This document shows, in pieces, positions 1-8,803 of a DNA stretch of 58,012 nt (position 1 is the stretch's first letter; each line of letters starts with the position of its first letter). The position numbers and the translations under genes are program-made. The notes beneath the pieces are model-generated. The model was not told where the DNA came from, did not search any database, and was given only the letters and a program-made list of their open reading frames with translations. Origin of the DNA: a candidate division WS1 bacterium (lineage in GTDB: Bacteria; Armatimonadota; Zipacnadia; Zipacnadales; Zipacnadaceae); assembly GCA_012523355.1 (NCBI GenBank), contig JAAYIR010000207.1, forward strand, positions 1 through 58,012. The letters run 5' to 3'.

Positions 1-672
1 GCAGGCTTGCTGTCATTAGCCTTCGATTGGCAGCAAATGTTGGGCTTACTGGCGGTGGCTTCTCTGCTGGTGGGTAACCTGGCGGCTATCGCACAGAGCA
101 ACATCAAGCGCATGCTGGCGTATTCATCTGTTGCTCTTGTCGGCTGTCTGTTGATCGGCGTGGTCATCTTAACGCACGACGGCTTCAGTGTGGCGGCCGT
201 GCTGTACTACTTGGCAGCATATCTGGTCATGAACCTGGGGGCTTTTGCCGTGGCTATCCTGGTGGAACGGAACACCGGGAGGGAGTTGATCACCGACTAT
301 GGTGGGCTGGCGCGAAGTGAGCCGGGATTGGCGCTGGCGATGACGGTCTTCATGCTCTCGCTAATAGGCATCCCGCCCACGGTGGGCTTCATGGGCAAGC
401 TACTGATCTTTGGAGCGGCCCTGAACTCTCCGCCGTGGGGCTGGTTGGCGGTGGTGGGCATCATCAATGCTGCCCTCTCTGTCTACTACTACCTGAACGT
501 GGTGCGCGAAATGTACTTTGGTCCGGGAGTGCCTCGGAGTATGCTCGCCCGGCCCCGGGGAGTGAGCTTCTCCATTGGTCTGTTGGCGGTGGCGGCCCTG
601 GTGCTGGGTATTCTGCCGTATCTGGTGTCGCCGGTGATCGCCGACATGAGTCGGTTCATTTACGGTGGATGA
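1..672 (+). CDS. nuoN: NADH-quinone oxidoreductase subunit N, C-terminal part (5' end lies outside the window)
   Basis: Frame 1 is open to the window edge. The product is a polytopic hydrophobic protein with a KRMLAYSS motif and the C-terminal helices typical of the NuoN/ND2 antiporter-like subunit. Confidence 0.8.
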   Translation, partial: AGLLSLAFDWQQMLGLLAVASLLVGNLAAIAQSNIKRMLAYSSVALVGCLLIGVVILTHDGFSVAAVLYYLAAYLVMNLGAFAVAILVERNTGRELITDYGGLARSEPGLALAMTVFMLSLIGIPPTVGFMGKLLIFGAALNSPPWGWLAVVGIINAALSVYYYLNVVREMYFGPGVPRSMLARPRGVSFSIGLLAVAALVLGILPYLVSPVIADMSRFIYGG

Positions 673-1334
673 GGATGCGGGAGACACGTCCGGAGGGGAT
701 ACCGGAGGCCACGCTAGGGCGTTTGCATCATTACCGGGTGATGCTGGGGCGTCTACAGCGTGCGGGGCAGCAAACAGTGTCCTCGCGCAAGTTGGGCGAG
801 TTGACCGGTGCATCCGCTGAGGTCGTACGCAAGGACCTTTCCTGGCTTGGCGCTTACGGACAGCGAGGGGTCGGGTATGAGGTGGAGGGACTGCTGCGCC
901 GGCTGGAAGAGGAATTTCGGCCCACGAGCCCGTGCCCGCTGGTGATTCTGGGCGCAGGGAACTTAGGAGCGGCCGTGGCGGCCTATGCCGGGTTCGATTT
1001 GCAGGGCTACCGGGTAGTAGCGGTTCTCGATTCGAACCCCGCCCGGGTGGGGCATCGTCTGCAAGGAATGGTGGTGCGGCACATGCGCGATCTGCCACAG
1101 GTCGTGCAAGAGACCGGGGTGGAGATCGGGGTCTTGACGGTGCCGGCGGTCCAGGCCAACGCGGTCGCGGAGTGGTGTGCGGCGGCGGGTCTGAGTGGAT
1201 TACTCAGCTTCTCCCCGGTGCAGCCGCCGGCTCCCGCTCCACTTGTGGTGCGGTATGTAAACTTCGCAGAACAGCTACAGATCTTGCGGTGCCAATTGCG
1301 GGACTCCGGTGCACACACGCCGGAGAGAGTGTAG
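669..1334 (+). CDS. rex: Redox-sensing transcriptional repressor Rex
   Basis: ATG at 669 overlaps the nuoN stop (ATGA). The N-terminus IPEATLGRLHHYRVML plus a winged helix (SSRKLGELTGASAEVVRKDLSWLG) and the Rossmann motif ILGAGNLGAAVAAY match the Rex architecture. Confidence 0.85.
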   Translation: MRMRETRPEGIPEATLGRLHHYRVMLGRLQRAGQQTVSSRKLGELTGASAEVVRKDLSWLGAYGQRGVGYEVEGLLRRLEEEFRPTSPCPLVILGAGNLGAAVAAYAGFDLQGYRVVAVLDSNPARVGHRLQGMVVRHMRDLPQVVQETGVEIGVLTVPAVQANAVAEWCAAAGLSGLLSFSPVQPPAPAPLVVRYVNFAEQLQILRCQLRDSGAHTPERV

Positions 1335-1338
1335 AAAT

Positions 1339-2331
1339 ATGGCGCAGGCCTACAACATTTTCCCTGTGTCGGCGTGTCCTGGGGTTGTACAAGAAGTCTT
1401 CCAGGAGTCGCTGAGGCTAGCGGATGAGCGCCTGAGCGCGGCCGTGGCAGAGGCTTCGGGCTTCTTTGAGGCAATTCGGCCTCAGTTGTCGGGCGGCAAG
1501 CGGCTACGTCCGCTGGTGCTGTTCATGTGCGCGTATGGTGAGCAGGGCCCCCCCCTGCCGCTTGCCGCGCAATTGGCGGCGTCGGTGGAGCTGGTTCACC
1601 TGGCCTCGCTCATGCACGATGACGTAATAGATGAGGCGGAGGAACGCCGAGGGTTGCGCTCCGTACCGGCGGTGGTGGGAGCGCGTAGAGCGGTGCTGGC
1701 GGGCGACTTCCTGGCAGCGGCGGCGTATCGAGAGATCGCACTTGCCGACCTGCCGGAAGCGGGGACCTTGCTCAGCGAGGCTGTCGTGCAGATGACTCTC
1801 TCGGAGGTGAGTGGTTCTCTGAAGGCTGGACAACTCATGGCCGAGGCCGAGTACCTGGAACTGATCTCCGGAAAGACGGCAGCCCTGTTTGGGGCCGCAG
1901 CCGAGATGGGGGCCTTGAGTACGCACGCCGGAGAGCGGCAGTTAGCTGGCTTCCGCTCCTATGGCCAGGCCCTGGGGATGGCCTTCCAGTTGCGGGATGA
2001 TCTGCTCGACCTGTACGGGGACGCGGACCGGCTGGGCAAGGGCGTTTACCGGGACCTGGCAGGAGGTCTATACACCTTGCCCATCATCTATGCTGCGCAA
2101 GGGCCGGGCGGAGCGGCTATCAAGCAGCGTCTGAGCCAGTTGCAGGCTGCCGGGCAGTCGGACAGCCTGGCAGCAGAGATTGCCGGGATGGCGCGGGATC
2201 TGGGCGGAGAAGAGCACGCAGTGGCGGTGATGGGGGGGTTCGTGGAGGCTGCGTGTGAGGCGGTCCCGGACTGTGCGGCCAAGCCCTGGCTGCTCGATCT
2301 GGCGAGGTACGTAGCCGCTCGCGGGAATTGA
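1339..2331 (+). CDS. Long-chain trans-polyprenyl diphosphate synthase (hepta/octaprenyl-PP synthase family)
   Basis: First Asp-rich motif LMHDDVIDEAEERRG and second motif FQLRDDLLD are present. ATG at 1339 lies 4 nt after the rex stop and is preceded by GGAGAGAG. Confidence 0.85.
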   Translation: MAQAYNIFPVSACPGVVQEVFQESLRLADERLSAAVAEASGFFEAIRPQLSGGKRLRPLVLFMCAYGEQGPPLPLAAQLAASVELVHLASLMHDDVIDEAEERRGLRSVPAVVGARRAVLAGDFLAAAAYREIALADLPEAGTLLSEAVVQMTLSEVSGSLKAGQLMAEAEYLELISGKTAALFGAAAEMGALSTHAGERQLAGFRSYGQALGMAFQLRDDLLDLYGDADRLGKGVYRDLAGGLYTLPIIYAAQGPGGAAIKQRLSQLQAAGQSDSLAAEIAGMARDLGGEEHAVAVMGGFVEAACEAVPDCAAKPWLLDLARYVAARGN

Positions 2332-2337
2332 GGCTGG

Positions 2338-3384
2338 TTAGCCGACGGTTACGGCTTCCTCACTGGACTGCCGCTCGGCGATCTCCCCGACCTCCGACAC
2401 CGACAGCCCCTTGCTCTGCAAGGCCCTCTCTGTCGCTTGGGCCTCCTCAGGGGCGACCACCACGATCATGCCCAGCCCCATATTGAAGGTGCGCAGCATC
2501 TCCTCGTCTGCGATCTGGCCTTCATCCTGGATGAGACTGAATATGGGGGGTACAGGCCAGGCAGAGCGATTCAACTGGGCACAGAGGCCCTTTGGCAGGA
2601 TCCGAGCCAGATTGCCCGGTATGCCGCCGCCGGTGATATGGGACAGGCCGTGAGGATACAGACCCTGGTCAAAGAGACGCACCAGGGGGCCCGCATACAC
2701 CCGAGTTGGCTCCAGCAGTTCTTCGCCCAGCGTGCGGCCCAGTTCGGGCACCCGGCGATCGAGCGTCCAGCCGGTGCGTTCCAGGAGGACGGCTCGGGCG
2801 AGAGAATACCCGTTGCTGTGGAGTCCGGAGGAGGCCAATCCCAGGACCATATCGCCAGCCCGGATGGCGGAGCCGTCAATCAGCCGGTGTCTCTCCACCA
2901 CTCCCACGGCGAAACCAGCGAGGTCGTATTCGCCCTCGGCGTAGAAGCCGGGCAGTTCAGCGGTCTCGCCGCCGATAAGGGCGCAGGGAATGGGACGACA
3001 GGCTTTGGCCATCCCGCGGACAAGGTCGGAGGCCACCTCGGGGCGCAGATGCCCTACGGCCAGGTAGTCAAGCATGAACAGCGGGCGTGCGCCGTGGACG
3101 ACGATATCATCCACCACCATGGCCACCAGGTCCTGGCCAACCGTATCATGCTTGCCCAGAGCGAAAGCGATCTTCAGCTTGGTGCCGACCCCGTCGGTGG
3201 AGGCCACCAGCACCTGGCCGGTAGGGGAGTCGTCGAGGGCGTAGAGTCCGCCGAAGTCTGCCAGCCCGGTGAGCACGTGCTCGTTGTAGGTGGCCTTAAG
3301 AGAAGCCTTCATCAACTCGACGGCGCGCTCGCCAGCCGCAATATCTACGCCTGAGGACTTATAGGTTAGACGGTCATCATCCAT
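2338..3384 (-). CDS. purM: Phosphoribosylformylglycinamidine cyclo-ligase (AIR synthetase)
   Basis: [19 protein letters not shown] start, then [14 protein letters not shown] and [10 protein letters not shown] motifs. I chose the internal ATG at 3384; the upstream 48 codons of the ORF are a Pro/Arg-rich high-GC artefact overlapping purF. Confidence 0.9.
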   Translation of the reverse strand: MDDDRLTYKSSGVDIAAGERAVELMKASLKATYNEHVLTGLADFGGLYALDDSPTGQVLVASTDGVGTKLKIAFALGKHDTVGQDLVAMVVDDIVVHGARPLFMLDYLAVGHLRPEVASDLVRGMAKACRPIPCALIGGETAELPGFYAEGEYDLAGFAVGVVERHRLIDGSAIRAGDMVLGLASSGLHSNGYSLARAVLLERTGWTLDRRVPELGRTLGEELLEPTRVYAGPLVRLFDQGLYPHGLSHITGGGIPGNLARILPKGLCAQLNRSAWPVPPIFSLIQDEGQIADEEMLRTFNMGLGMIVVVAPEEAQATERALQSKGLSVSEVGEIAERQSSEEAVTVG

Positions 3385-3403
3385 GGGGGTGAGGGCCGGC
3401 GGG

Positions 3404-4867
3404 CTACTTGGCCGCCTCCTCCAATTCAAACTTGGTGGCCTTGACCTGCTTGGGCACCGGAATAGGGTACTTGCTGTCGAAGCAAGCGGTACAGAAGTTG
3501 CCCTTGGGCAAGCCCACGGCCCGGACAAGGTTCGGTAGCGTCAGGAACTCCAGGCTGTCGGCGCCGAGATGCTCGCGGATCTCCGGCACGGTCATGCGCG
3601 CGGCGATGAGCTCCTTGCGCCCGGCGGAGGTGTCAATGCCGTAAAAGCAAGGGTATTTGATCGGTGGGCAGGAGATGCGCAGATGGATCTCTCGGGCTCC
3701 GGCCTCACGCAAGAGCTCCACCTCCGGGCCCGTGGTGGTGCCCCGCACAATGGAATCATCAACCATCACCACGCGCTTGCCAGCCAGTGCCTCTTCGAGA
3801 GGGGTCAGCTTCATCCGCACCCCCATCTCTCGCATCCGCTGTTCGGGAGCGATAAAAGTGCGGTGGATGTAGCGGTTCTTGATGAAGCCTTCGCCAAACG
3901 GAATATTGGAAACCTCAGCAAAGCCGATGGCATGGGGAATGCCCGTTTCGGGCACGGGGATGACCAGGTCTGCGTCCACCGGGGCCTGCTGTGCCAGCAT
4001 GTTGCCCATGCGCATACGGGAGACGTAGATGCTCTTGCCATAGATGCGCATGTCGGGGCGAGCAAAGTAGATGAACTCAAAGATGCAGCAGGCCCTGCGC
4101 TGGGGGGGCATAGCTTGGTGGACCGTGGGACCACGGCCATCAAGCGTCACAATCTCTCCGGGCTCGATCTCACGCACGAAACGAGCACCTACCACGCTCA
4201 GCGCGCAGGTTTCCGAGGCGATGACCCAGCGATCCTCCTCCAGGCGCCCCAGGCACAAAGGGCGGACACCGTGCGGATCACGGACGGCGATGCGCCGATC
4301 GGGCGTAATGATGCCCAGGGAGTAGGCGCCCCGCATCTTGCCCATGGCCTCAGCCAGCGCTTCTTCGAGGGTGTCGGCGGCAGAGTGCGCGATGAGCTGA
4401 ACAATAACCTGCGTATCAGAACTGGAGGTAAAGGTGACACCTTGCTCCTCCAGTTCCTCACGAAGCGGCAAGGCGTTGACAAGATTGCCATTGTGGGCCA
4501 GGGCGAAGGGGACGCCACGGTGCTCGCCAATCATAGGCTGGATGTTCTCGGGACGGTTACCGCCGGTGGTGGAGTAGCGGACGTGTCCGAGAGCGACCTG
4601 ACCCGGCAGGGAGCGGATGCTGTCCTCGTTGAAGACTTGTGAGACGAGGCCCATGCCATTGTGCACGCGGAGAACACTGCCATCTCCCGTCACCAGACCG
4701 GCGCTTTCCTGGCCGCGGTGCTGAAGCGCATAGAGGCCGAAATAGGAGAGGCGAGACACATCCAGACCCGGCGCCCAGGCGCCGAAGACTCCGCAGGCGT
4801 CGCGCCAGTGGCGGAGTGGGCGGGTAGAGTACGGGCAATTGAGGCTGCACTGCGTGTTACAGACCAT
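3404..4867 (-). CDS. purF: Amidophosphoribosyltransferase (Fe-S type, with N-terminal propeptide)
   Basis: The Ntn-type catalytic CGVFG follows 25 residues. The PRTase motif [13 protein letters not shown] is present, as are C-terminal cluster cysteines ([18 protein letters not shown]) as in B. subtilis-type PurF. Confidence 0.9.
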   Translation of the reverse strand: MVCNTQCSLNCPYSTRPLRHWRDACGVFGAWAPGLDVSRLSYFGLYALQHRGQESAGLVTGDGSVLRVHNGMGLVSQVFNEDSIRSLPGQVALGHVRYSTTGGNRPENIQPMIGEHRGVPFALAHNGNLVNALPLREELEEQGVTFTSSSDTQVIVQLIAHSAADTLEEALAEAMGKMRGAYSLGIITPDRRIAVRDPHGVRPLCLGRLEEDRWVIASETCALSVVGARFVREIEPGEIVTLDGRGPTVHQAMPPQRRACCIFEFIYFARPDMRIYGKSIYVSRMRMGNMLAQQAPVDADLVIPVPETGIPHAIGFAEVSNIPFGEGFIKNRYIHRTFIAPEQRMREMGVRMKLTPLEEALAGKRVVMVDDSIVRGTTTGPEVELLREAGAREIHLRISCPPIKYPCFYGIDTSAGRKELIAARMTVPEIREHLGADSLEFLTLPNLVRAVGLPKGNFCTACFDSKYPIPVPKQVKATKFELEEAAK

Positions 4868-4911
4868 GAGTTATACCTGACTTTGTCACGACTAATGGAA
4901 CCCAAGCGCGG

Positions 4912-5397
4912 CTAACCGTTCAGAAGCCGCTGGCGGGTTTCCTCCTGGGCCTGAACCAGAGCCTGGGCCAGGCCGGGATCTGAGAGAGCAAGTATGCGCG
5001 CCGCGAGCAAGGCGGCGTTGCGTGCAGTGTCCACACCGACGGTCGCCACCGGCACGCCCGGCGGCATCTGAATCATGGAATAGAGGGCGTCCTGGCCGCC
5101 CAGGGGCGAGCCGGAAAGAGGCACGCCGATGACCGGTAGCTGGGTGTGCGCCGCCAGCACCCCCGGGAGGGCCGCCGACCAGCCAGCGCCGCCGATCAGC
5201 ACGCGCAAGCCTCGCGCCGCGGCTGAACGGGCGTACTCGGCGGTCTCGTCTGGCGTGCGATGAGCAGACAGCACCACCGTCTCGTAAGAGACGCCCAACA
5301 AATCGAGGGCCTCCGCGGCAGCCTGCATCTTCTCCCGGTCGGAGGGGCTGCCCATTACTATGCCCACCAGCGGGGCCGGGCCGGGTTGGTCGCTCAT
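4912..5397 (-). CDS. purE: N5-carboxyaminoimidazole ribonucleotide mutase
   Basis: A 161-aa protein with VGIVMGSPSD, GGAGWSAALPGV and IGVP motifs typical of PurE. Confidence 0.9.
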   Translation of the reverse strand: MSDQPGPAPLVGIVMGSPSDREKMQAAAEALDLLGVSYETVVLSAHRTPDETAEYARSAAARGLRVLIGGAGWSAALPGVLAAHTQLPVIGVPLSGSPLGGQDALYSMIQMPPGVPVATVGVDTARNAALLAARILALSDPGLAQALVQAQEETRQRLLNG

Positions 5398-5407
5398 GGG
5401 TTCCTCC

Positions 5408-6703
5408 CTAGAGGGGGCCGGTTCCGGATTCTGCCAGTTCCGCGCGTTCGGCTATGTCCCGGCGGAAATAGGCGCCGGAAAAACGGAGGCAATCCACTCC
5501 TGCGTAGGCGACACGGCGGGCCTCGGCAAAGCTGTCGCCGAGACCGGTGACACCGAAGACGCGCCCGCCTGCGGTCACAAGCTGCCCGTCCTTAAGAGCG
5601 GCGCCGGCGTGAAAGACCAGGGCCCCAGTGGCCTCCGCCTCCGGTAGGCCCTCGATGGGTTGGTCCTTCTCATAATCGCCGGGGTAGCCACCAGAGGCCA
5701 TCACCACGCAGACGCAACGCTGGGGGGACCAGTCTGCAGTGACTTCCTTGAGCCGGCCCTCGGCGGTGGCCTCCAGGATCTCGTATAGGTCGCTCTCGAG
5801 GCGGGGCACAACCACCTGGGTCTCAGGGTCGCCAAAACGGCAATTGAACTCCAGGAGCTCTGGCCCGGTCTCGGTGAGCATGCAGCCGGCGTAAAGGGTA
5901 CCTGTAATCGGTGTGCCCTCGTCGGCCATGTGAGAGATGGTCGGGGCGACAAGCTTGTCCAGGATATGCTTCAGGGTGGCCCCGTCGAGGACGGGGATGG
6001 GGGAGTAACAGCCCATGCCACCGGTATTGGGGCCGGTATCGCCCTCGCCGATGCGCTTGTAGTCCTGCGCCGGGACCATGGGCAGGAAGGTCTCGCCATC
6101 CGTAAAGACCTGCACCGAGATCTCCGGACCCGACAGGCACTGCTCAACAACGATACGCTCCCCTGCTGCGCCGAACTCCTTCTGGACGAGGGCGCGGTCG
6201 ATCCACTCGTCGGCCGCCGCCAGGCTGGCGCAGACCTTGACGCCCTTGCCGAAGGCGTCGCCGTCGGCCTTGATCACGACGGGCAGGCCGCGCTGGCGGA
6301 CGAAGTCACGGGCAGGAGCCGGGGAGTCAAACACCGCAAACCACTTGCTGGTCAGACCGTAGCGAGCCAGGAATTCGTCCGTGAAGGACTTGCTGCCCTC
6401 CAGGCGCGCGGCCGCGGCCAGAGGGCCATAGATGCGGAGTCGCTCAGCGCGGAAGCGGTCCACGATGGCGTCGTGGATCAGCGGGCGCTCGGGGCCCACC
6501 ACGGTGAGGTCAATGCTTTCTTGATGGGCAAAAGCCAGGAGACCGTCCACATCCTGGACGCTGAGCTGCGGGAGATTGACTCCGACCTGGGCGGTGCCGG
6601 CGTTGCCGGGGGCGGTATGGATCTGCGTGACAGAGGCGCTGCGCTCCAGGGCCCAAGCCAGGGTATGCTCGCGTCCGCCGCTGCCCACAATCAGGACCTT
6701 CAT
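5408..6703 (-). CDS. purD: Phosphoribosylamine-glycine ligase
   Basis: MKVLIVGSGGREHTLAWAL start on an ATP-grasp fold, with EFNCRFGDPETQ and GGRV motifs. Confidence 0.9.
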   Translation of the reverse strand: MKVLIVGSGGREHTLAWALERSASVTQIHTAPGNAGTAQVGVNLPQLSVQDVDGLLAFAHQESIDLTVVGPERPLIHDAIVDRFRAERLRIYGPLAAAARLEGSKSFTDEFLARYGLTSKWFAVFDSPAPARDFVRQRGLPVVIKADGDAFGKGVKVCASLAAADEWIDRALVQKEFGAAGERIVVEQCLSGPEISVQVFTDGETFLPMVPAQDYKRIGEGDTGPNTGGMGCYSPIPVLDGATLKHILDKLVAPTISHMADEGTPITGTLYAGCMLTETGPELLEFNCRFGDPETQVVVPRLESDLYEILEATAEGRLKEVTADWSPQRCVCVVMASGGYPGDYEKDQPIEGLPEAEATGALVFHAGAALKDGQLVTAGGRVFGVTGLGDSFAEARRVAYAGVDCLRFSGAYFRRDIAERAELAESGTGPL

Positions 6704-8118
6704 CAGTACGCCTCGTCCCCTCTCCGTGTCTGGTCGGTGTCAAAGAAGCGGCGAAATCGCGGATTGAAGGTGGTCTTGACCGTGCCGGTCGGGCCATTGC
6801 GGTGTTTGGCCACGATAATTTCGGACTGGTCCGGATCGTTGTACTCCTCGCGCCGCCGCCCTGCCGCCTCGCCTCTCTTTTCCGCTTCCTGGAGGGCCTT
6901 CTTACGTGCGTAGTAGCCCTCGCGGTAGAGGAAACACACTAGGTCAGCCTCGGCCTCAATGGAGCCGCTCTCGGCCAGGTCCGAGAGGATGGGCCTGCGG
7001 TCCTCCCGCTGCTCAACCCGGCGGGAGAGCTGAGACAGCGCCACTACCGGCACGTTCAGCTCGCGGGACAGGGACTTGAGAGAACGCGCGATCAGGCTCA
7101 CTTCCTGGTGTCGGTTTTCGCCGGAGTTGGTCATCCCGGTGGTGACCAGTTGGAGGTAGTCCACGACTAAGAGTCCGATGTCATGTTGAGCCTTGAGACG
7201 ACGAGCCTTGGAGCGCAGTTCGAGAATGGGAATGCCAGGGGTGGCATCAATGAAGATGGGGGCTTTGGAGAGTGTACCGATGGCTCGCCCCACTGCGGCC
7301 CACTCCTCGTCGCGTCCAGGGCCGCCCCGGCGCAGGTCCCAGGGGTTCACCCGAGCGTAGGAGCAGAGCATCATCTCCGCCAACTGCATGTCGGACATCT
7401 CCAGACTGAAGACGCCCACCCCCAGTTGGTGCTGCACCGCGGCGTGGACGGCGAGATTCGCGATCGCCAGGGAGGTCTTCCCCATGGAGGGCCTCCCGGC
7501 CACGATGATCAGGTCCCCTGGTTGCAGCCCGCGAGTTATCTGGTCGAGATCGCGCAGGCTGGTAGGCACCCCCGTCATGAAGCCCGGTTTATGGTAGGCT
7601 TGGTCAAGCTTGACGAAGGTCTCCTCGACCAGAGGCTTGAGGGGCACGAAGTCTGAACTGGTTCGTCGTTGCGCGATCTCGAAGATCTTCTTCTCCGCCG
7701 CATCCATGGCTTCCCCGATGGCGGCGGGGTTATCGTAGGCCAGCGCCTGGATCTCCGCACCGGCAGCAATCAGCTTGCGTAGCAGCGACTTCTCCCAGAC
7801 GAGATTGGCATAGCGGGCGACATGGGCAGCGGTGGGGACCGAATTGATCAAAGCCATCAGGTACTCTGGTCCCCCGGCACGCTCCAGCTCGTTGGTCCGC
7901 CGCAGTTCGGCGCCGACGGTTACCAGATCAACCGGCTCATTGCGGCTGAGGACCGCACGCATGGCCCGGAACACAACCTGGTGTGCCTCCGAGTAGAAGT
8001 CGCCCTGATCCAGTTGGTTCATGGCGATCAGGGCTGCTGAAGGGTCCACCAGGACAGAACCGAGCGTCGCCTGCTCGGCACTCAAGTCCTGGGGCGGTAG
8101 TGCTGCCGTGTCGGCCAT
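6703..8118 (-). CDS. dnaB: Replicative DNA helicase DnaB
   Basis: PPQDLSAEQATLGSVL N-terminal domain, Walker A GRPSMGKTS, VVDYLQL, SRELNVPVVALSQLSR and the IVAKHRNGPTG arginine-finger region. I chose the start at internal ATG 8118. The stop overlaps the purD start by 1 nt (TGATG). Confidence 0.9.
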   Translation of the reverse strand: MADTAALPPQDLSAEQATLGSVLVDPSAALIAMNQLDQGDFYSEAHQVVFRAMRAVLSRNEPVDLVTVGAELRRTNELERAGGPEYLMALINSVPTAAHVARYANLVWEKSLLRKLIAAGAEIQALAYDNPAAIGEAMDAAEKKIFEIAQRRTSSDFVPLKPLVEETFVKLDQAYHKPGFMTGVPTSLRDLDQITRGLQPGDLIIVAGRPSMGKTSLAIANLAVHAAVQHQLGVGVFSLEMSDMQLAEMMLCSYARVNPWDLRRGGPGRDEEWAAVGRAIGTLSKAPIFIDATPGIPILELRSKARRLKAQHDIGLLVVDYLQLVTTGMTNSGENRHQEVSLIARSLKSLSRELNVPVVALSQLSRRVEQREDRRPILSDLAESGSIEAEADLVCFLYREGYYARKKALQEAEKRGEAAGRRREEYNDPDQSEIIVAKHRNGPTGTVKTTFNPRFRRFFDTDQTRRGDEAY

Positions 8119-8152
8119 ATGTGTCCTGGTTTCCGTCGGCACAGAAGTGGTC

Positions 8153-8761
8153 CTAGTTCTCGGTGGATTCGGTCGAAGCCTCGGCGATGGCGTCCTCATC
8201 GCCGGTGTCCTCCGAGATGGTCTCTGTGGGAGCCACAGCCTCTGCCTCGGCCTGAGCGGGCGGCTCTTCGGCCGGCGCGGGCACGGAGATGTCCCCGAGA
8301 GGTGTCTCCTCTCCGGGCACGGGCACAACGTGAAGCGTGACTTCGCAGCGCACTTCTTTATACAGACGTGCGTTTACCGTAAAGTCGCCGAGTTCGCGAA
8401 TCGGGGTGGAAATCTCGATATTGCGGCGGTTGACCTGGATCCCCGTTTGTTGCTCGATGGCCTCGGAGATTTGTTGGGAGGTGACTTGCCCGTGGAGTCT
8501 GCCGCCCTCTCCGACCGCGGCCTGGATGACAATCCCGGCGGCGGCCAGGCCCTCGACCAGCGCCTGGGCATCCGAGCGTTTTTCGGCCTCTCGGCGCTCG
8601 ATCGCCCGGCGCCGCTGGCTCAGGGCACGCTGGTTCGCGGGGGTGGATTTCTCCGCCAGGAGCTTGGGGAACAAGTAATTGCGTGCGTAGCCGTCGGCCA
8701 CCTTGACAATATCTCCCTCGTGGCCCAAGTGGTCAACATCTTTCAGCAAAATGACTTCCAT
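8153..8761 (-). CDS. rplI: 50S ribosomal protein L9 with a roughly 55-aa acidic C-terminal extension
   Basis: MEVILLKDVDHLGHEGDIVKVADGYARNYLFP is the canonical bL9 N-terminus, and the classic rplI-dnaB adjacency is present. The tail is Glu/Asp/Ala/Pro-rich. Confidence 0.85.
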   Translation of the reverse strand: MEVILLKDVDHLGHEGDIVKVADGYARNYLFPKLLAEKSTPANQRALSQRRRAIERREAEKRSDAQALVEGLAAAGIVIQAAVGEGGRLHGQVTSQQISEAIEQQTGIQVNRRNIEISTPIRELGDFTVNARLYKEVRCEVTLHVVPVPGEETPLGDISVPAPAEEPPAQAEAEAVAPTETISEDTGDEDAIAEASTESTEN

Positions 8762-8803
8762 GTAACTGCCTCCGTTCATGGCCGGCGTATGGCCGACCTG
8801 AGC

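Noticed and set aside
3569-6913. Two long plus-strand ORFs (3569-4642 and 5930-6913).
   Set aside because: They are antisense to purF and purD/dnaB respectively, with no motifs. The same reasoning applies to the many 60-170-aa overlapping ORFs throughout the track.
8119-8328. A 70-codon N-terminal extension of dnaB. Analogous extensions occur on purM (3385-3528) and maf (37129-37434).
   Set aside because: These are Pro/Arg/Ser-rich stretches overlapping the upstream gene. Internal ATGs give canonical N-termini and sensible gene junctions.
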